DNA of 64,000 bases from an uncultured Ktedonobacteraceae bacterium (lineage in GTDB: Bacteria > Chloroflexota > Ktedonobacteria > Ktedonobacterales > Ktedonobacteraceae), in the NCBI GenBank assembly GCA_964242555.1, contig CAXTCR010000001.1, positions 1,861 to 65,860 on the forward strand, given 5' to 3'. The notes under the pieces were generated by a model that had not been told where the DNA came from, did no database searches, and was given only the letters and a program-made list of their open reading frames with translations. Within the stretch, counting starts at the first letter, position 1. Each line of letters opens with the position of its first letter. A program made the translations under genes and the position numbers. This document shows, in pieces, positions 29,943 to 39,253 of the stretch.

Positions 29943-31789
29943 GTACAGAGCATGTCGAGGATTTATTAAGTGCATACCTTGACAACGCTCTTACTCAGGA
30001 GGAACAAGCTACTGTTTCCCGGCATCTACAAACCTGTGCATCATGTAATACTCTTTTGTCTGATTATCGTCGTTTTGATGCACTACTGGCAAAACAACCT
30101 CGTGTGCAACCAAGTGCCGCACTACGCAATAGAATATTTTCGTCACAAGAATTTCTCCAACTGATCGAGTCGATGCCCGAGGGACAACAAAGCACGAAAG
30201 ATATCGAGCAACAGTTGACACTCCCTCAAAAACGGGTAAGTACAGATGGTGCACGCCATCCACACCTTGTTGCACTTCCGGCTAAGCCACAATCTTCTCT
30301 TTCTCTGCAGGAGACGAAGGGCAGTATTCGTATACCGAAACGTCGGAATATGTATATACAGCGTTTTATGCAGGTGGCGATCGCTGCATGTCTCTTGCTG
30401 ACGATTGGGGTGGGTAGCTTCATTGGTTGGAACCTGTTTCAAGAGCAAGGAAGAACGGCTAAGACAGACGGTATTACCCCTCCACAATCGCTCCAGCAAG
30501 GTGGGCAATTGCCTGCTGGAATGCGTTTTGTCTTTTTAAAGGACGGAGGCTTATGGAGCGCACCGGAGGATGGAAGTGCACAGGCCCTTCGGTTGACACC
30601 AATGTCGGTGACGGTCGCGCCTCACTGGGTAGTTAACCCTGCTCCTGCTGGTCATAGAGCGGGCAATCTGCTTGCATATATAGACACCAAACAAGGCTAC
30701 GTTCACACGATTCGTTCTGATGGACAAAGCGATACAATCATCAAACAACTTCTGCTACCGGATGCTTCGACTACGTCCTGGAACACTCCTCTAGGTCAGT
30801 CGGTTTTACAAAGTCTCTCATGGTCCCCTGATGGACGCACACTCGCATTCGTTGCTGCAACTCCAACCACTGAGACGGCTTACCTGTACATGACAACTAC
30901 AAACTCGCTACAGACAATCGCAATTCCTGGTACAGGCACTATTTCAGGTCTTGTATGGTCGCCAAATGGTATGAGGGTTGCATTTGGCTTCACAAGCAAT
31001 GGTCTTACGAGCATTCTTGACTACAACGTGTTCTCACGAGAAGTACTGTCAACCCAACTAACTCTTGCTACGCAACAACATCCTCACGATAGTCTGCTTA
31101 CACTTGATTGGACTTCAGGCAATGACGCGCCTGCTATCACCTGGAGTACAGGCACACCGGGTCATGTGCATAGCATATGGCTACGACATGTAGGTACGAG
31201 CGACAACGGTGTAAAGATGCTTTTTACTGGTGATTTCACACTGGCGATCTACAGTCGTCAAGGTGCAGGACAACAGACAGGCGATTGGCTTCTCGGTCGT
31301 GCCCTTTCGGGGAATGCCCAAACAATCCTTCTACTTAACTTGACAGGTAGTATTCGGACGCTAGCAAGCGGCAGTGGACTGGGAGAAGTTCAATGGGCAC
31401 CGGATGGCAAGCATATCACGTACTTCGATCTTTTCGTTTCTGGTACCGGAATGCTACATAGCATTGACACTATAACTGGCGTTAATACGCTCATTGCGAG
31501 TGCTGTCTCTGGCACACCTGCGCCAGTATGGTCGGGAGATGGACAACACCTTCTGTACGCGGCAGGTAGCCATACATTTGTGGTAGACGGGCAAAACAGG
31601 AAGACACAGCTTGGCCCAAAGGGTACAGACGTAGCCTTTGCGTGGTCTACGACATCACCCCAAATGGTTCTTATCGTACTACAAAAGAGTGTGCAGAGCA
31701 TCTATCTTGTCAACATAGGGCAAAATACGGCGAAGGCAGTAAGTATTGCGGACGTTGCTGGCCCAATTGTGTGGACACAGGTACCATAA
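29939..31789 (+). CDS. Anti-sigma factor (zf-HC2) with TM and PD40/TolB-like beta-propeller repeats
   Basis: 4-nt overlap with the sigma gene, HLQTCASCNTLL motif and one TM helix. It has repeated WSPDG / WSPNG / WAPDG / WSGDG motifs. Confidence 0.75.
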   Translation: MSTEHVEDLLSAYLDNALTQEEQATVSRHLQTCASCNTLLSDYRRFDALLAKQPRVQPSAALRNRIFSSQEFLQLIESMPEGQQSTKDIEQQLTLPQKRVSTDGARHPHLVALPAKPQSSLSLQETKGSIRIPKRRNMYIQRFMQVAIAACLLLTIGVGSFIGWNLFQEQGRTAKTDGITPPQSLQQGGQLPAGMRFVFLKDGGLWSAPEDGSAQALRLTPMSVTVAPHWVVNPAPAGHRAGNLLAYIDTKQGYVHTIRSDGQSDTIIKQLLLPDASTTSWNTPLGQSVLQSLSWSPDGRTLAFVAATPTTETAYLYMTTTNSLQTIAIPGTGTISGLVWSPNGMRVAFGFTSNGLTSILDYNVFSREVLSTQLTLATQQHPHDSLLTLDWTSGNDAPAITWSTGTPGHVHSIWLRHVGTSDNGVKMLFTGDFTLAIYSRQGAGQQTGDWLLGRALSGNAQTILLLNLTGSIRTLASGSGLGEVQWAPDGKHITYFDLFVSGTGMLHSIDTITGVNTLIASAVSGTPAPVWSGDGQHLLYAAGSHTFVVDGQNRKTQLGPKGTDVAFAWSTTSPQMVLIVLQKSVQSIYLVNIGQNTAKAVSIADVAGPIVWTQVP

Positions 31790-32190
31790 ACATCAAGCAT
31801 GAAATAGCACAAGTACTCCTAAGCACAACAAGGAAGAGGTTGGAGTGTTCACATTCCTCCCTTTTAGAGAGAACGTACAGCTTCTATGGGGACACGCCTA
31901 TTAATTTTCCTACCTCAAGTAAATTAGTAGGAGCAGTGATAACAAACTCATAATTCATGCGTTATAATACGTAGGCTATGAACGGAAGGCGGAATGTATG
32001 GTAGCAAGCACATCACCTCGACGAGTAGCTTGTAGCATATATTTGTTGTATTCGTGCAATCTTTTCCCCATAAAGAGAGCACGTGCGCCGTTCAAGTTGC
32101 GCATTGCTATGTCTATGCGTGGTAAGAGAGAAACGAGTTGGCACCCCGTTTCTCTCTTACATTTCGGTGAGACAAGTGAGAGAGGGTTGC

Positions 32191-34734
32191 ATGGGATCTC
32201 CAATGCGGTCATTGGGAGGAAAACTTACAGTTAGCGCTGCACTGGTTCTCTTACTTTGCCTCCTTCTATTTCTGCTGACAACCTGGGGCACATTGACGTT
32301 TTATGCCGAACGAGAGGGAAGAAACAACGCACAGGCTCATCTCACTCTCGCGAAAAGAGCATTCAACGCGCAAAATACTCAGCTTATTCATGACTTGCAA
32401 GTGCTCGCAGCGGACAAAGGTATAGTTTCCGTCACTGTTGGAACAGGTGGTATGGCGCAGTCATACTTTAAAGCCGTCTGTTACCCGCTGCAGAGTCGCT
32501 ACTTACTCTCCGATCTGGATGTTGTCGCCCCCAATCACACGTTCATGGCGCAGCTAGAAAATGACAACAAAGCTCACCAACTGTCTGTGAATGCCATAAC
32601 GCTTGTAGATGCGGCGGCGCAAGGGCAAATTGCGACCTCGTTACAGACAGAGACATTTAGCCTCGCACAAACGCAAGACGATACGTGGGTATTACGTATT
32701 GCGCTTCCCGTATATTCTCCACAACATACTGTATCTGGTATGCTGTTAGCAACACAACGGATTAACGATGCGTTTGCACAGACACTAGTTTCCCAAACTG
32801 ACGCCAACATTTTTCTTTGTGTCTCAGGGCAAGTACAAGGCATAGCAGGGACAACCCTCAGCACTTCTTTGCTATCTTCCTTTAAGCGTTCGAGGAATAT
32901 ATGTACGTTACAAACACAAAGTATCAGCGATGTAACTCAACACTATATGGTATCGGGGAGTGCATTGACGCTGTCGTATGGAGAAGCTTCCTCGGCACCA
33001 TTGCTCCTCGTAAATGTCGAGCCACCGATTAGCGTTACATTGTATAACCCACGTGTCCTCCTGCTCTTGTTAGGAGTGGGTATATGCACCACCGCCGTTG
33101 GCGTCCTCCTACTCATAGGGATTATGCGAGCACTTTTGCTGCATCCATTGCAGAAAGTACAGGCACAGGCACGCGCGCAGGTCTTCGAGAACGTGGGTGT
33201 GGTTCTACCAGCACAAGACGAGTTACAGACGCTTTCACACTCTTTTGATTTGCTCTCGGATTCGCTGGAAAGCGAAAGTCAGATGATGATGGAGCAGATG
33301 AGCAACATGCTAGTGATGAGCGATGCCTTGATCTCAACGGTCAATTTGGAACAGTTGCTGGGGGAAATAGTCGCCCGGCTCGGGCATATTTTGCAGGCCA
33401 AACATGTCGCGTTACTGCTTTATGGACGTGAGATGCTCTCACCGTGGGCGGTAGCACGTTGGTCTGATACAGGGATTACTGACGGGCTTCCACCTATTCG
33501 CCTCGCAACTCGTAAGCAACAGCCGGAGAAAGGGAGCGTTACAGTCCATGCTGACCCAGATAACGATGTAACGATGGCAGTCACAACTAAAATGCTCGCA
33601 TTGCCAAATATCAGTAGTGCGAAGAGAAATGCGATCCAAAACGCTCAATCGCCGCAGGGAACGTATGGCCTACGTCGTCCACGCATACCACGCCCAGTTC
33701 TGCGCGACCTGGATATGATCCTTGCAAGGATGGTTATCGCAAAACAAAAGATTGCCTACGACGAAGACATCGCGGCAGGTTCACAAGAGCATGATGGCTG
33801 GGCACGGATGGCACGTGAAGCGGGCTATGGAGCGGTAATTGCTGTTCCCTTATTGTTGCAAGAGCAGGCGATTGGCGCGTTTATGCTCTATTTTGATAAA
33901 CCCTATTCCGTCAGTAAGCGCGATACATTTCTCCTGAGTACAGCAGCGATACAGGCATCAATGGCGATCCAGAACGCGCTGCTCTTCGCGGAGGTAAAAG
34001 ATAAGAATGCCGCCCTTGAGCGTGCGAACGCGCTGAAATCGCAATTCCTGGCAAATGTCACTCACGAGCTACGTTCGCCATTGCACAGCATCATTGGCTA
34101 TGGGTCGATGATTGTCGATGGTTTTGTTGAGGGCGATTTGACGACGCAGCAAGAGGAAGATATTCGCTTCATTGTGAGACGAGCTGAGGATCTTTCCCAC
34201 CTGGTAGATGAGATGCTGGACCTTTCAAAGATAGAGGCGGACAAGATCGAGGTAAATCCCGAACCGGTAACACTGGCGGCAAGTATACAAGACATCATCA
34301 ACCAGCTGAAGTTGATGGCGGACGAAAAGAAACTGTATCTCACGTTGGAGATAGAGGAGCAGATGCCGCTTGTACTTGCGGACAGCTACCGGCTACGGCA
34401 GGTAATCACGAATCTGATCTCGAATGCATTGAAATTTACCGAGCAAGGGGGGGTGACGGTGCGTTGTACACGTTTAGCAGCTTATGACATGGTGCGCATC
34501 GCGGTACAGGACACAGGCATCGGTATTTCACCTGCTGCCCTTGGCTTTATCTTTGAGGCTTTCCGACAGGCAGACGGAAGTACTACACGGCGTTTCGGAG
34601 GTACTGGTCTGGGACTTACAATTGCCAAGAAACTCGTTGAATTACAGGGAGGGGAAATCGCGGTAGAAAGTATTGTGGGGCAAGGTTCCACATTCTCATT
34701 GACCCTTCCTATCGCACCATTCCCCAACACATAG
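32191..34734 (+). CDS. Membrane sensor histidine kinase with extracytoplasmic sensor and GAF domain
   Basis: ATG 32191 has GAGAGGG 5 nt upstream. Two TM helices flank a region of about 270 aa. H-box FLANVTHELRSPLHSIIGY and G-boxes DTGIGIS and GGTGLGLTIA. Confidence 0.85.
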   Translation: MGSPMRSLGGKLTVSAALVLLLCLLLFLLTTWGTLTFYAEREGRNNAQAHLTLAKRAFNAQNTQLIHDLQVLAADKGIVSVTVGTGGMAQSYFKAVCYPLQSRYLLSDLDVVAPNHTFMAQLENDNKAHQLSVNAITLVDAAAQGQIATSLQTETFSLAQTQDDTWVLRIALPVYSPQHTVSGMLLATQRINDAFAQTLVSQTDANIFLCVSGQVQGIAGTTLSTSLLSSFKRSRNICTLQTQSISDVTQHYMVSGSALTLSYGEASSAPLLLVNVEPPISVTLYNPRVLLLLLGVGICTTAVGVLLLIGIMRALLLHPLQKVQAQARAQVFENVGVVLPAQDELQTLSHSFDLLSDSLESESQMMMEQMSNMLVMSDALISTVNLEQLLGEIVARLGHILQAKHVALLLYGREMLSPWAVARWSDTGITDGLPPIRLATRKQQPEKGSVTVHADPDNDVTMAVTTKMLALPNISSAKRNAIQNAQSPQGTYGLRRPRIPRPVLRDLDMILARMVIAKQKIAYDEDIAAGSQEHDGWARMAREAGYGAVIAVPLLLQEQAIGAFMLYFDKPYSVSKRDTFLLSTAAIQASMAIQNALLFAEVKDKNAALERANALKSQFLANVTHELRSPLHSIIGYGSMIVDGFVEGDLTTQQEEDIRFIVRRAEDLSHLVDEMLDLSKIEADKIEVNPEPVTLAASIQDIINQLKLMADEKKLYLTLEIEEQMPLVLADSYRLRQVITNLISNALKFTEQGGVTVRCTRLAAYDMVRIAVQDTGIGISPAALGFIFEAFRQADGSTTRRFGGTGLGLTIAKKLVELQGGEIAVESIVGQGSTFSLTLPIAPFPNT

Positions 34735-34753
34735 TGCTATAAGAAAGTATAGA

Positions 34754-35137
34754 ATGGAAGTTATGAACACTCCTGCCATCCTCATTGTTGAGAATGAGGC
34801 ATCCAATAGAATACTGATCGAACGCGTCCTATCAACGCGCGGCTATCGTTGTATTTCCGCCACAAACGGTCAGGAGGCACTTGACGTGCTAGATCGGGAA
34901 CATGTGGACCTTATTTTGACGGACCTCTCGATGCCCGTATTGGACGGCTATCGCACTACGCAGCTTATTCGTTCGCGTCCACACCTTGCTAACGTGCCGA
35001 TTGTGGCAGTAACCGCCTACGCGTTAAGCGACGAAGGAGAGGCCGCTAAACGTATCGGGTGTACAGAATATTTGACGAAGCCCTTCAAACCTCGTCAACT
35101 GCTTGATCTCGTTGACCGCTTGTTGCCCACGCAGTAG
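34754..35137 (+). CDS. Single-domain response regulator (CheY-like), canonical
   Basis: ILIVENE, DLILTDLSMPVLDG, VAVTAY and KPF motifs are all present. Confidence 0.85.
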   Translation: MEVMNTPAILIVENEASNRILIERVLSTRGYRCISATNGQEALDVLDREHVDLILTDLSMPVLDGYRTTQLIRSRPHLANVPIVAVTAYALSDEGEAAKRIGCTEYLTKPFKPRQLLDLVDRLLPTQ

Positions 35138-35209
35138 GCAAGCTGTGTTATAGTACTAGTAGTCACACATTCGCTTGTACTCATCCGTCATAGTAGGTAT
35201 ACAACAAAT

Positions 35210-35243
35210 GACCGACCAGCACAGCTTGGTCGGTTTCTCTTTT
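35210..35243 (+). terminator. Intrinsic terminator after the kinase/receiver pair
   Basis: accgacca / tggtcggt 8-bp stem followed by ttctctttt. Confidence 0.65.
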
Positions 35244-35270
35244 AAAAAAACAGACTGGTAGGAATTTTGT

Positions 35271-36779
35271 ATGAATGTTTCTCTAGCAAGACAAACGATA
35301 CAAGATATATCAACTGATGCATTGATTGTATCAGTGGCCCGTAAAGCAGGCAAAGACGAACATGGTCTTGAAATGTCACCATATGCTAGCACAATAGACA
35401 CGCTTTTAGACGGTCTCATTAGTGCTTCATATACGGATGGAGAGTTCAAGGGCGGACTTGGTGAACTACTCACTATTCATTCAATGGGGCGAATGGCCAC
35501 AAAGCGGGTCATTGTAGCCGGTTTAGGCGCGCAAGACAAAGTTACTCCACAATCTCTGCGACGCGCAAGCGCGGTTGCCGCCCGACATGCACAGACCACA
35601 GGAGCACATTCCATCACGCTGGCATTGCAGGGCCTGGATAACGAAAACGATGTGCAGGCAGAGGTAGAAGGTGCATTGTTAGGTCTGTACACGTTTAAAA
35701 TGTACAAGCAGTCCGAGCAGAAGAGCAACGGCAAAGGCGTCTCGCAACTTCGCGTGTTGGCCAGGGACAAAGAAGATACAGTAAGCATCGAGCGGGCAAT
35801 TGAGGAGGCTCAGGTGCTGGCCGAGGCAACAAATTTCGCACGTAACCTTGTAAATGAACCACCGAATGTGCTCACACCAACGGAACTGGCAAACCGCGCG
35901 GTCAGTATGGCGAAACAATTTGGCCTGGAGTACGAGGTATTCGACAAGGACAAGATTACGGAACTCGGCATGGGCGGTTTACTGGGAGTGACACAAGGAA
36001 GCGCAGAACCTCCACAGTTTGTTGTGCTGCGCTATCGTGGCGGAGAGGCATCGGAAAAGGGTATGGCACTTGTTGGGAAGGGCATTACCTTTGACACCGG
36101 TGGTATCTCGATCAAGCCAGCAGCAGGAATGGACGAGATGAAGGGGGACATGGGCGGTGCCGCAGCAGTGATTGGCGCGATGCAAGCGATTGCCATCTTG
36201 AAACCAAACATCAACGTTACGGGGCTTGTACCAACCTGTGAAAACATGGTGAGTGGAACAGCGTACCGGCCCGGAGATATTCTACACATCTCCAATGGCA
36301 AAACGATAGAGATTGTCAACACGGACGCAGAGGGACGCTTGATTCTGGCCGATGCGCTTTCATATGCTGTTAAGGAAGGTCTCTCACCCATTGTCGATCT
36401 TGCCACATTAACGGGGGGTGTCGTCATTGCGTTGGGGAACATCACAACGGGCGTGTTCAGCAACGATGAGCAGTTGACAGGGGACATTATCGCGGCTGGC
36501 CGCGTTACAGGCGAAAAGTTCTGGGCGATGCCAATGGACGAAGAATACGGCGAGGCAATCAAGAGCGATATCGCCGACATCAAGCAAACAGGCGGGCGGC
36601 CAGCATCGTCAATTACGGCGGCGAAAATCTTGGAGCAGTTCGTAGGCGACAGCAGATGGGCACATCTGGACATCGCGGGCACAAGCTATCTCGAAAGCAA
36701 AAAGCCCTATGCCGAGAAGGGTGCGACAGGCGTTGGCGTGCGTACGTTAGTGGAGCTTGCACGCAAGCTTGGGAAATAA
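35271..36779 (+). CDS. pepA: Leucyl aminopeptidase (M17)
   Basis: VGKGITFDTGG and NTDAEGRLILAD signatures; 502 aa. Confidence 0.9.
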   Translation: MNVSLARQTIQDISTDALIVSVARKAGKDEHGLEMSPYASTIDTLLDGLISASYTDGEFKGGLGELLTIHSMGRMATKRVIVAGLGAQDKVTPQSLRRASAVAARHAQTTGAHSITLALQGLDNENDVQAEVEGALLGLYTFKMYKQSEQKSNGKGVSQLRVLARDKEDTVSIERAIEEAQVLAEATNFARNLVNEPPNVLTPTELANRAVSMAKQFGLEYEVFDKDKITELGMGGLLGVTQGSAEPPQFVVLRYRGGEASEKGMALVGKGITFDTGGISIKPAAGMDEMKGDMGGAAAVIGAMQAIAILKPNINVTGLVPTCENMVSGTAYRPGDILHISNGKTIEIVNTDAEGRLILADALSYAVKEGLSPIVDLATLTGGVVIALGNITTGVFSNDEQLTGDIIAAGRVTGEKFWAMPMDEEYGEAIKSDIADIKQTGGRPASSITAAKILEQFVGDSRWAHLDIAGTSYLESKKPYAEKGATGVGVRTLVELARKLGK

Positions 36780-36780
36780 A

Positions 36781-36845
36781 ATAGCAGACGAAACACAAGA
36801 GGCGAGCGTGTCAACCACGCTCGCCTCTTGTGTTTCGTCTGCTAT
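36781..36845. terminator. Bidirectional long hairpin (30-bp perfect stem, 5-nt loop)
   Basis: Arms 36781-36810 and 36816-36845 are exact reverse complements. It starts 2 nt after the pepA TAA and contains the stop of the convergent DinB gene. Confidence 0.65.
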
Positions 36846-37393
36846 ACTCGGTTCTTTGATTGACGCATGATTTCGCGCAACTGCTCAAGGTGGGATTGGC
36901 CGTGCATAATGCCTAGCGCATGCGTGCCAACAGCATTCATCGGGCCGAAGTAGGGGATACGCGTCACTGTGACATCGAGGTGTGGCGCATCGGGCCACGC
37001 GTCAAGATACGCACGACACATGCGACGACTCTCTCGTAGACGAGCGTGCACCTGTTGGGCGTTGTGGATCGTTTGCCAGGGCACCTCGTTACGTAGCCGA
37101 CCGTCGAAGGCAATGCCTCGCGCCAGCACGGAGCCAATAGACGCAGTTTCCTCAAGTGTGGCGGTCAAGTGAACAATAACATGACCAAGGGTATATGCTT
37201 CTTCGTTCGGGTCCTTTAACTCAGGATCGTGAGGAACGAATGTTGCGCCCATATCAGTTACCCCTGAGATAATGGACTCAACTGTATCGAAAAGGTCATC
37301 TGTAGCTTTATAAAGGTCTTTGTGGGTGACATCGCGCACGGTGTCAGCGTAGCTAGCTTTTTGTGTGTAAAATGCCTCGAAATTGAGAGCCAT
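36842..37393 (-). CDS. DinB-superfamily metal-binding protein
   Basis: 183 aa from ATG 37393 (AGGAG 10 nt upstream). His triad pattern (GHVIVHLT ... HGQSHLEQL). Confidence 0.7.
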   Translation of the reverse strand: MALNFEAFYTQKASYADTVRDVTHKDLYKATDDLFDTVESIISGVTDMGATFVPHDPELKDPNEEAYTLGHVIVHLTATLEETASIGSVLARGIAFDGRLRNEVPWQTIHNAQQVHARLRESRRMCRAYLDAWPDAPHLDVTVTRIPYFGPMNAVGTHALGIMHGQSHLEQLREIMRQSKNRV

Positions 37394-37632
37394 GAGGTAA
37401 AAACTCCTACTATGTACAACTGTCTTTTTATAAGATACCACAAAAAAGAATGCTACTTCTATTTGTATGGTTTTATTTGACATTATCAGTACAATCAAAG
37501 AAATGGTTAATTTTGAACATGTATTCTTATTTTATTTAATGAATACTATTCCGTCTATATAGATGAAAATTTTATCTGCTCGTTACCACGGCACTTCTAT
37601 TCTACCCGTCCATGGTGTGCTATACTTTCTCT

Positions 37633-38295
37633 ATGAACATACACATTCGCTATTTTGCCTCGTTGCGCGAGATTGTTGGGCGCGACGAGGAGACACTTTC
37701 GATAGATGAGGGGACACAGGTCGCCGATGTGCGGACTACCCTTGCCACTCGTTATCCACGACTGCAGCCTGTACTGGAACGTTGTGTATGCGCGGTCAAC
37801 CGGGGCTATGTAACACCGGAGACGGTACTGCATGAGAACGACGAGTTGGTGTTTATTCCGCCGATGGGTGGAGGAGCGTCGATGGAACCAATCATTCAGT
37901 TGACACGAGAACCCTTGGACCGCGATGCGCTGGTCGCAGCGACGAGCCATCCAAGCGTAGGGGGTATTGTGGTGTTTGAGGGCGTGGTACGCGATAATGC
38001 GCGGGGCAAGCAGGTTCGCTATTTGGAGTATGAGACCTACCAGGAAATGGCGGAGGGGCAGATACGGGCAATCATCACAGAGGCGCAGCAGCGTTGGGGC
38101 GTTGAACGGGTCGCGGTGGCACATCGCTTTGGACGTTTGGAGATAGGCGAGGCGAGTGTGCTTATCGTGGTCGCGAGTCCGCACCGGAGTGAGGCATTTG
38201 AAGCATGTCGCTACATCATTGATACTCTGAAAAAGACAGTCCCCATCTGGAAAAAAGAGGTCGCCACGAACGGAGAGGAGTGGGTCGAGGGGTAA
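37633..38295 (+). CDS. Molybdopterin synthase MoaD-MoaE fusion protein
   Basis: The N-terminal 81 aa are MoaD/ThiS-like and end in FIPPMGGG. The remainder is MoaE-like (GGIVVFEGVVRD, VAHRFGRLEIGE, PIWKKE). ATG 37612 is an alternative start. Confidence 0.8.
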   Translation: MNIHIRYFASLREIVGRDEETLSIDEGTQVADVRTTLATRYPRLQPVLERCVCAVNRGYVTPETVLHENDELVFIPPMGGGASMEPIIQLTREPLDRDALVAATSHPSVGGIVVFEGVVRDNARGKQVRYLEYETYQEMAEGQIRAIITEAQQRWGVERVAVAHRFGRLEIGEASVLIVVASPHRSEAFEACRYIIDTLKKTVPIWKKEVATNGEEWVEG

Positions 38296-38340
38296 GCAAC
38301 ATGTTTTAAAAAAGTATGGTATACTTGCCCTCAAGGACTA

Positions 38341-39213
38341 GTGAAGTTTTCCCTGGAGGCCTTAATGAACTTATTTCAAAAGCAAGCCCAACTCAACCAA
38401 CTCTTCACACAGAGTCCCGTCAATGCGGCCTATCTCGCAGGTTCTCTCAGTACCCGGACCTCTTTTGGACACCTCAGCGACGTGGATATTGCTATTCTCC
38501 TGACCGACTCTATCAAAGCCGACCAATTCCTGGACTACCAATTGTACTTCTTCAGTGAACTGGCAAAGCGGTTAGAGTCGGACACCATCGACGTAGTGAT
38601 TTTGAATCAGGCATCGCTACTGCTCAAACTTCAAGTGATCAAATATGGACAAATCCTGTTTACGCGCAATGAGAAACAGCGTGTTTCATTTGAGTCTAAA
38701 GCGGTCATGGATTACCTGGACTTTAAGAAGTTTGATGAGATTCAGAATCAGGCGTTGAGCCGGCGCTTGTATGGGCAAATCAATCCCGTTATACCTCTGG
38801 AAGGAGAGACGCTGCTACCGAAATTGGAGCAACTTCGCGATGCTGTCACTATTCTACATGAATTAGGCGATACAGACCGCGAAAGCTTTACAACGGACTA
38901 TCATGTGTACAGTATTGCGGAACGCTACCTGCAATTAGCGATTGAAGCATGCCTGCACATCTGTAGTACGATAGTAGCAGCCCTTGGCTTACGGCGGCCA
39001 GAGGGCTATCACGAGTTATTGAGTATTATCGCGGGTCAACAGATTATCCCCCGCTCGATAGCATTTCGTTTAGAAGTGCTCACTGACCTGCGCGATGCAT
39101 TGCTCTGCGACCCTGGTACATTGAGTCGTGATGTCCTCTATGAGCACGTCCAGTACCGGATCAGCGACCTCCAAGCATTCGCAGATGCAATTGAAGAGAA
39201 GTTACAACAATAA
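38341..39213 (+). CDS. Pol-beta-type nucleotidyltransferase fused to a HEPN/DUF86-like domain
   Basis: GS-x-SDVD NTase motif (AGSLSTRTSFGHLSDVDIAIL, DVVILN). The C-terminal four-helix region resembles DUF86, but the Rx4H site reads RDALLC. Confidence 0.65.
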   Translation: MKFSLEALMNLFQKQAQLNQLFTQSPVNAAYLAGSLSTRTSFGHLSDVDIAILLTDSIKADQFLDYQLYFFSELAKRLESDTIDVVILNQASLLLKLQVIKYGQILFTRNEKQRVSFESKAVMDYLDFKKFDEIQNQALSRRLYGQINPVIPLEGETLLPKLEQLRDAVTILHELGDTDRESFTTDYHVYSIAERYLQLAIEACLHICSTIVAALGLRRPEGYHELLSIIAGQQIIPRSIAFRLEVLTDLRDALLCDPGTLSRDVLYEHVQYRISDLQAFADAIEEKLQQ

Positions 39214-39250
39214 AAGAATGCCTTGGGCTAAATTGCCCAGGCATTCTTTT
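39212..39250. terminator. Bidirectional intrinsic terminator (A-tract, 14-bp stem, T-tract)
   Basis: aaaagaatgccttgggc / gcccaggcattctttt with one bulge, located between convergent stops. Confidence 0.65.
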
Positions 39251-39253
39251 ATT

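Noticed and set aside
37394-37632. Possible Moco riboswitch upstream of moaD-moaE
   Set aside because: The region is AT-rich promoter-like DNA. I could not find the conserved GC-rich stems expected of the Moco RNA motif.
37597-38334. 245-aa - strand ORF covering the whole MoaD-MoaE gene
   Set aside because: It is a shadow ORF antisense to a frame with clear MoaD/MoaE motifs. Its composition is Arg/Cys/His-rich and it has no RBS. The same reasoning applies to other long antisense ORFs: 21260-21880, 25041-25757, 36032-36682, 39719-40297, 56203-57045 and 59934-60467.
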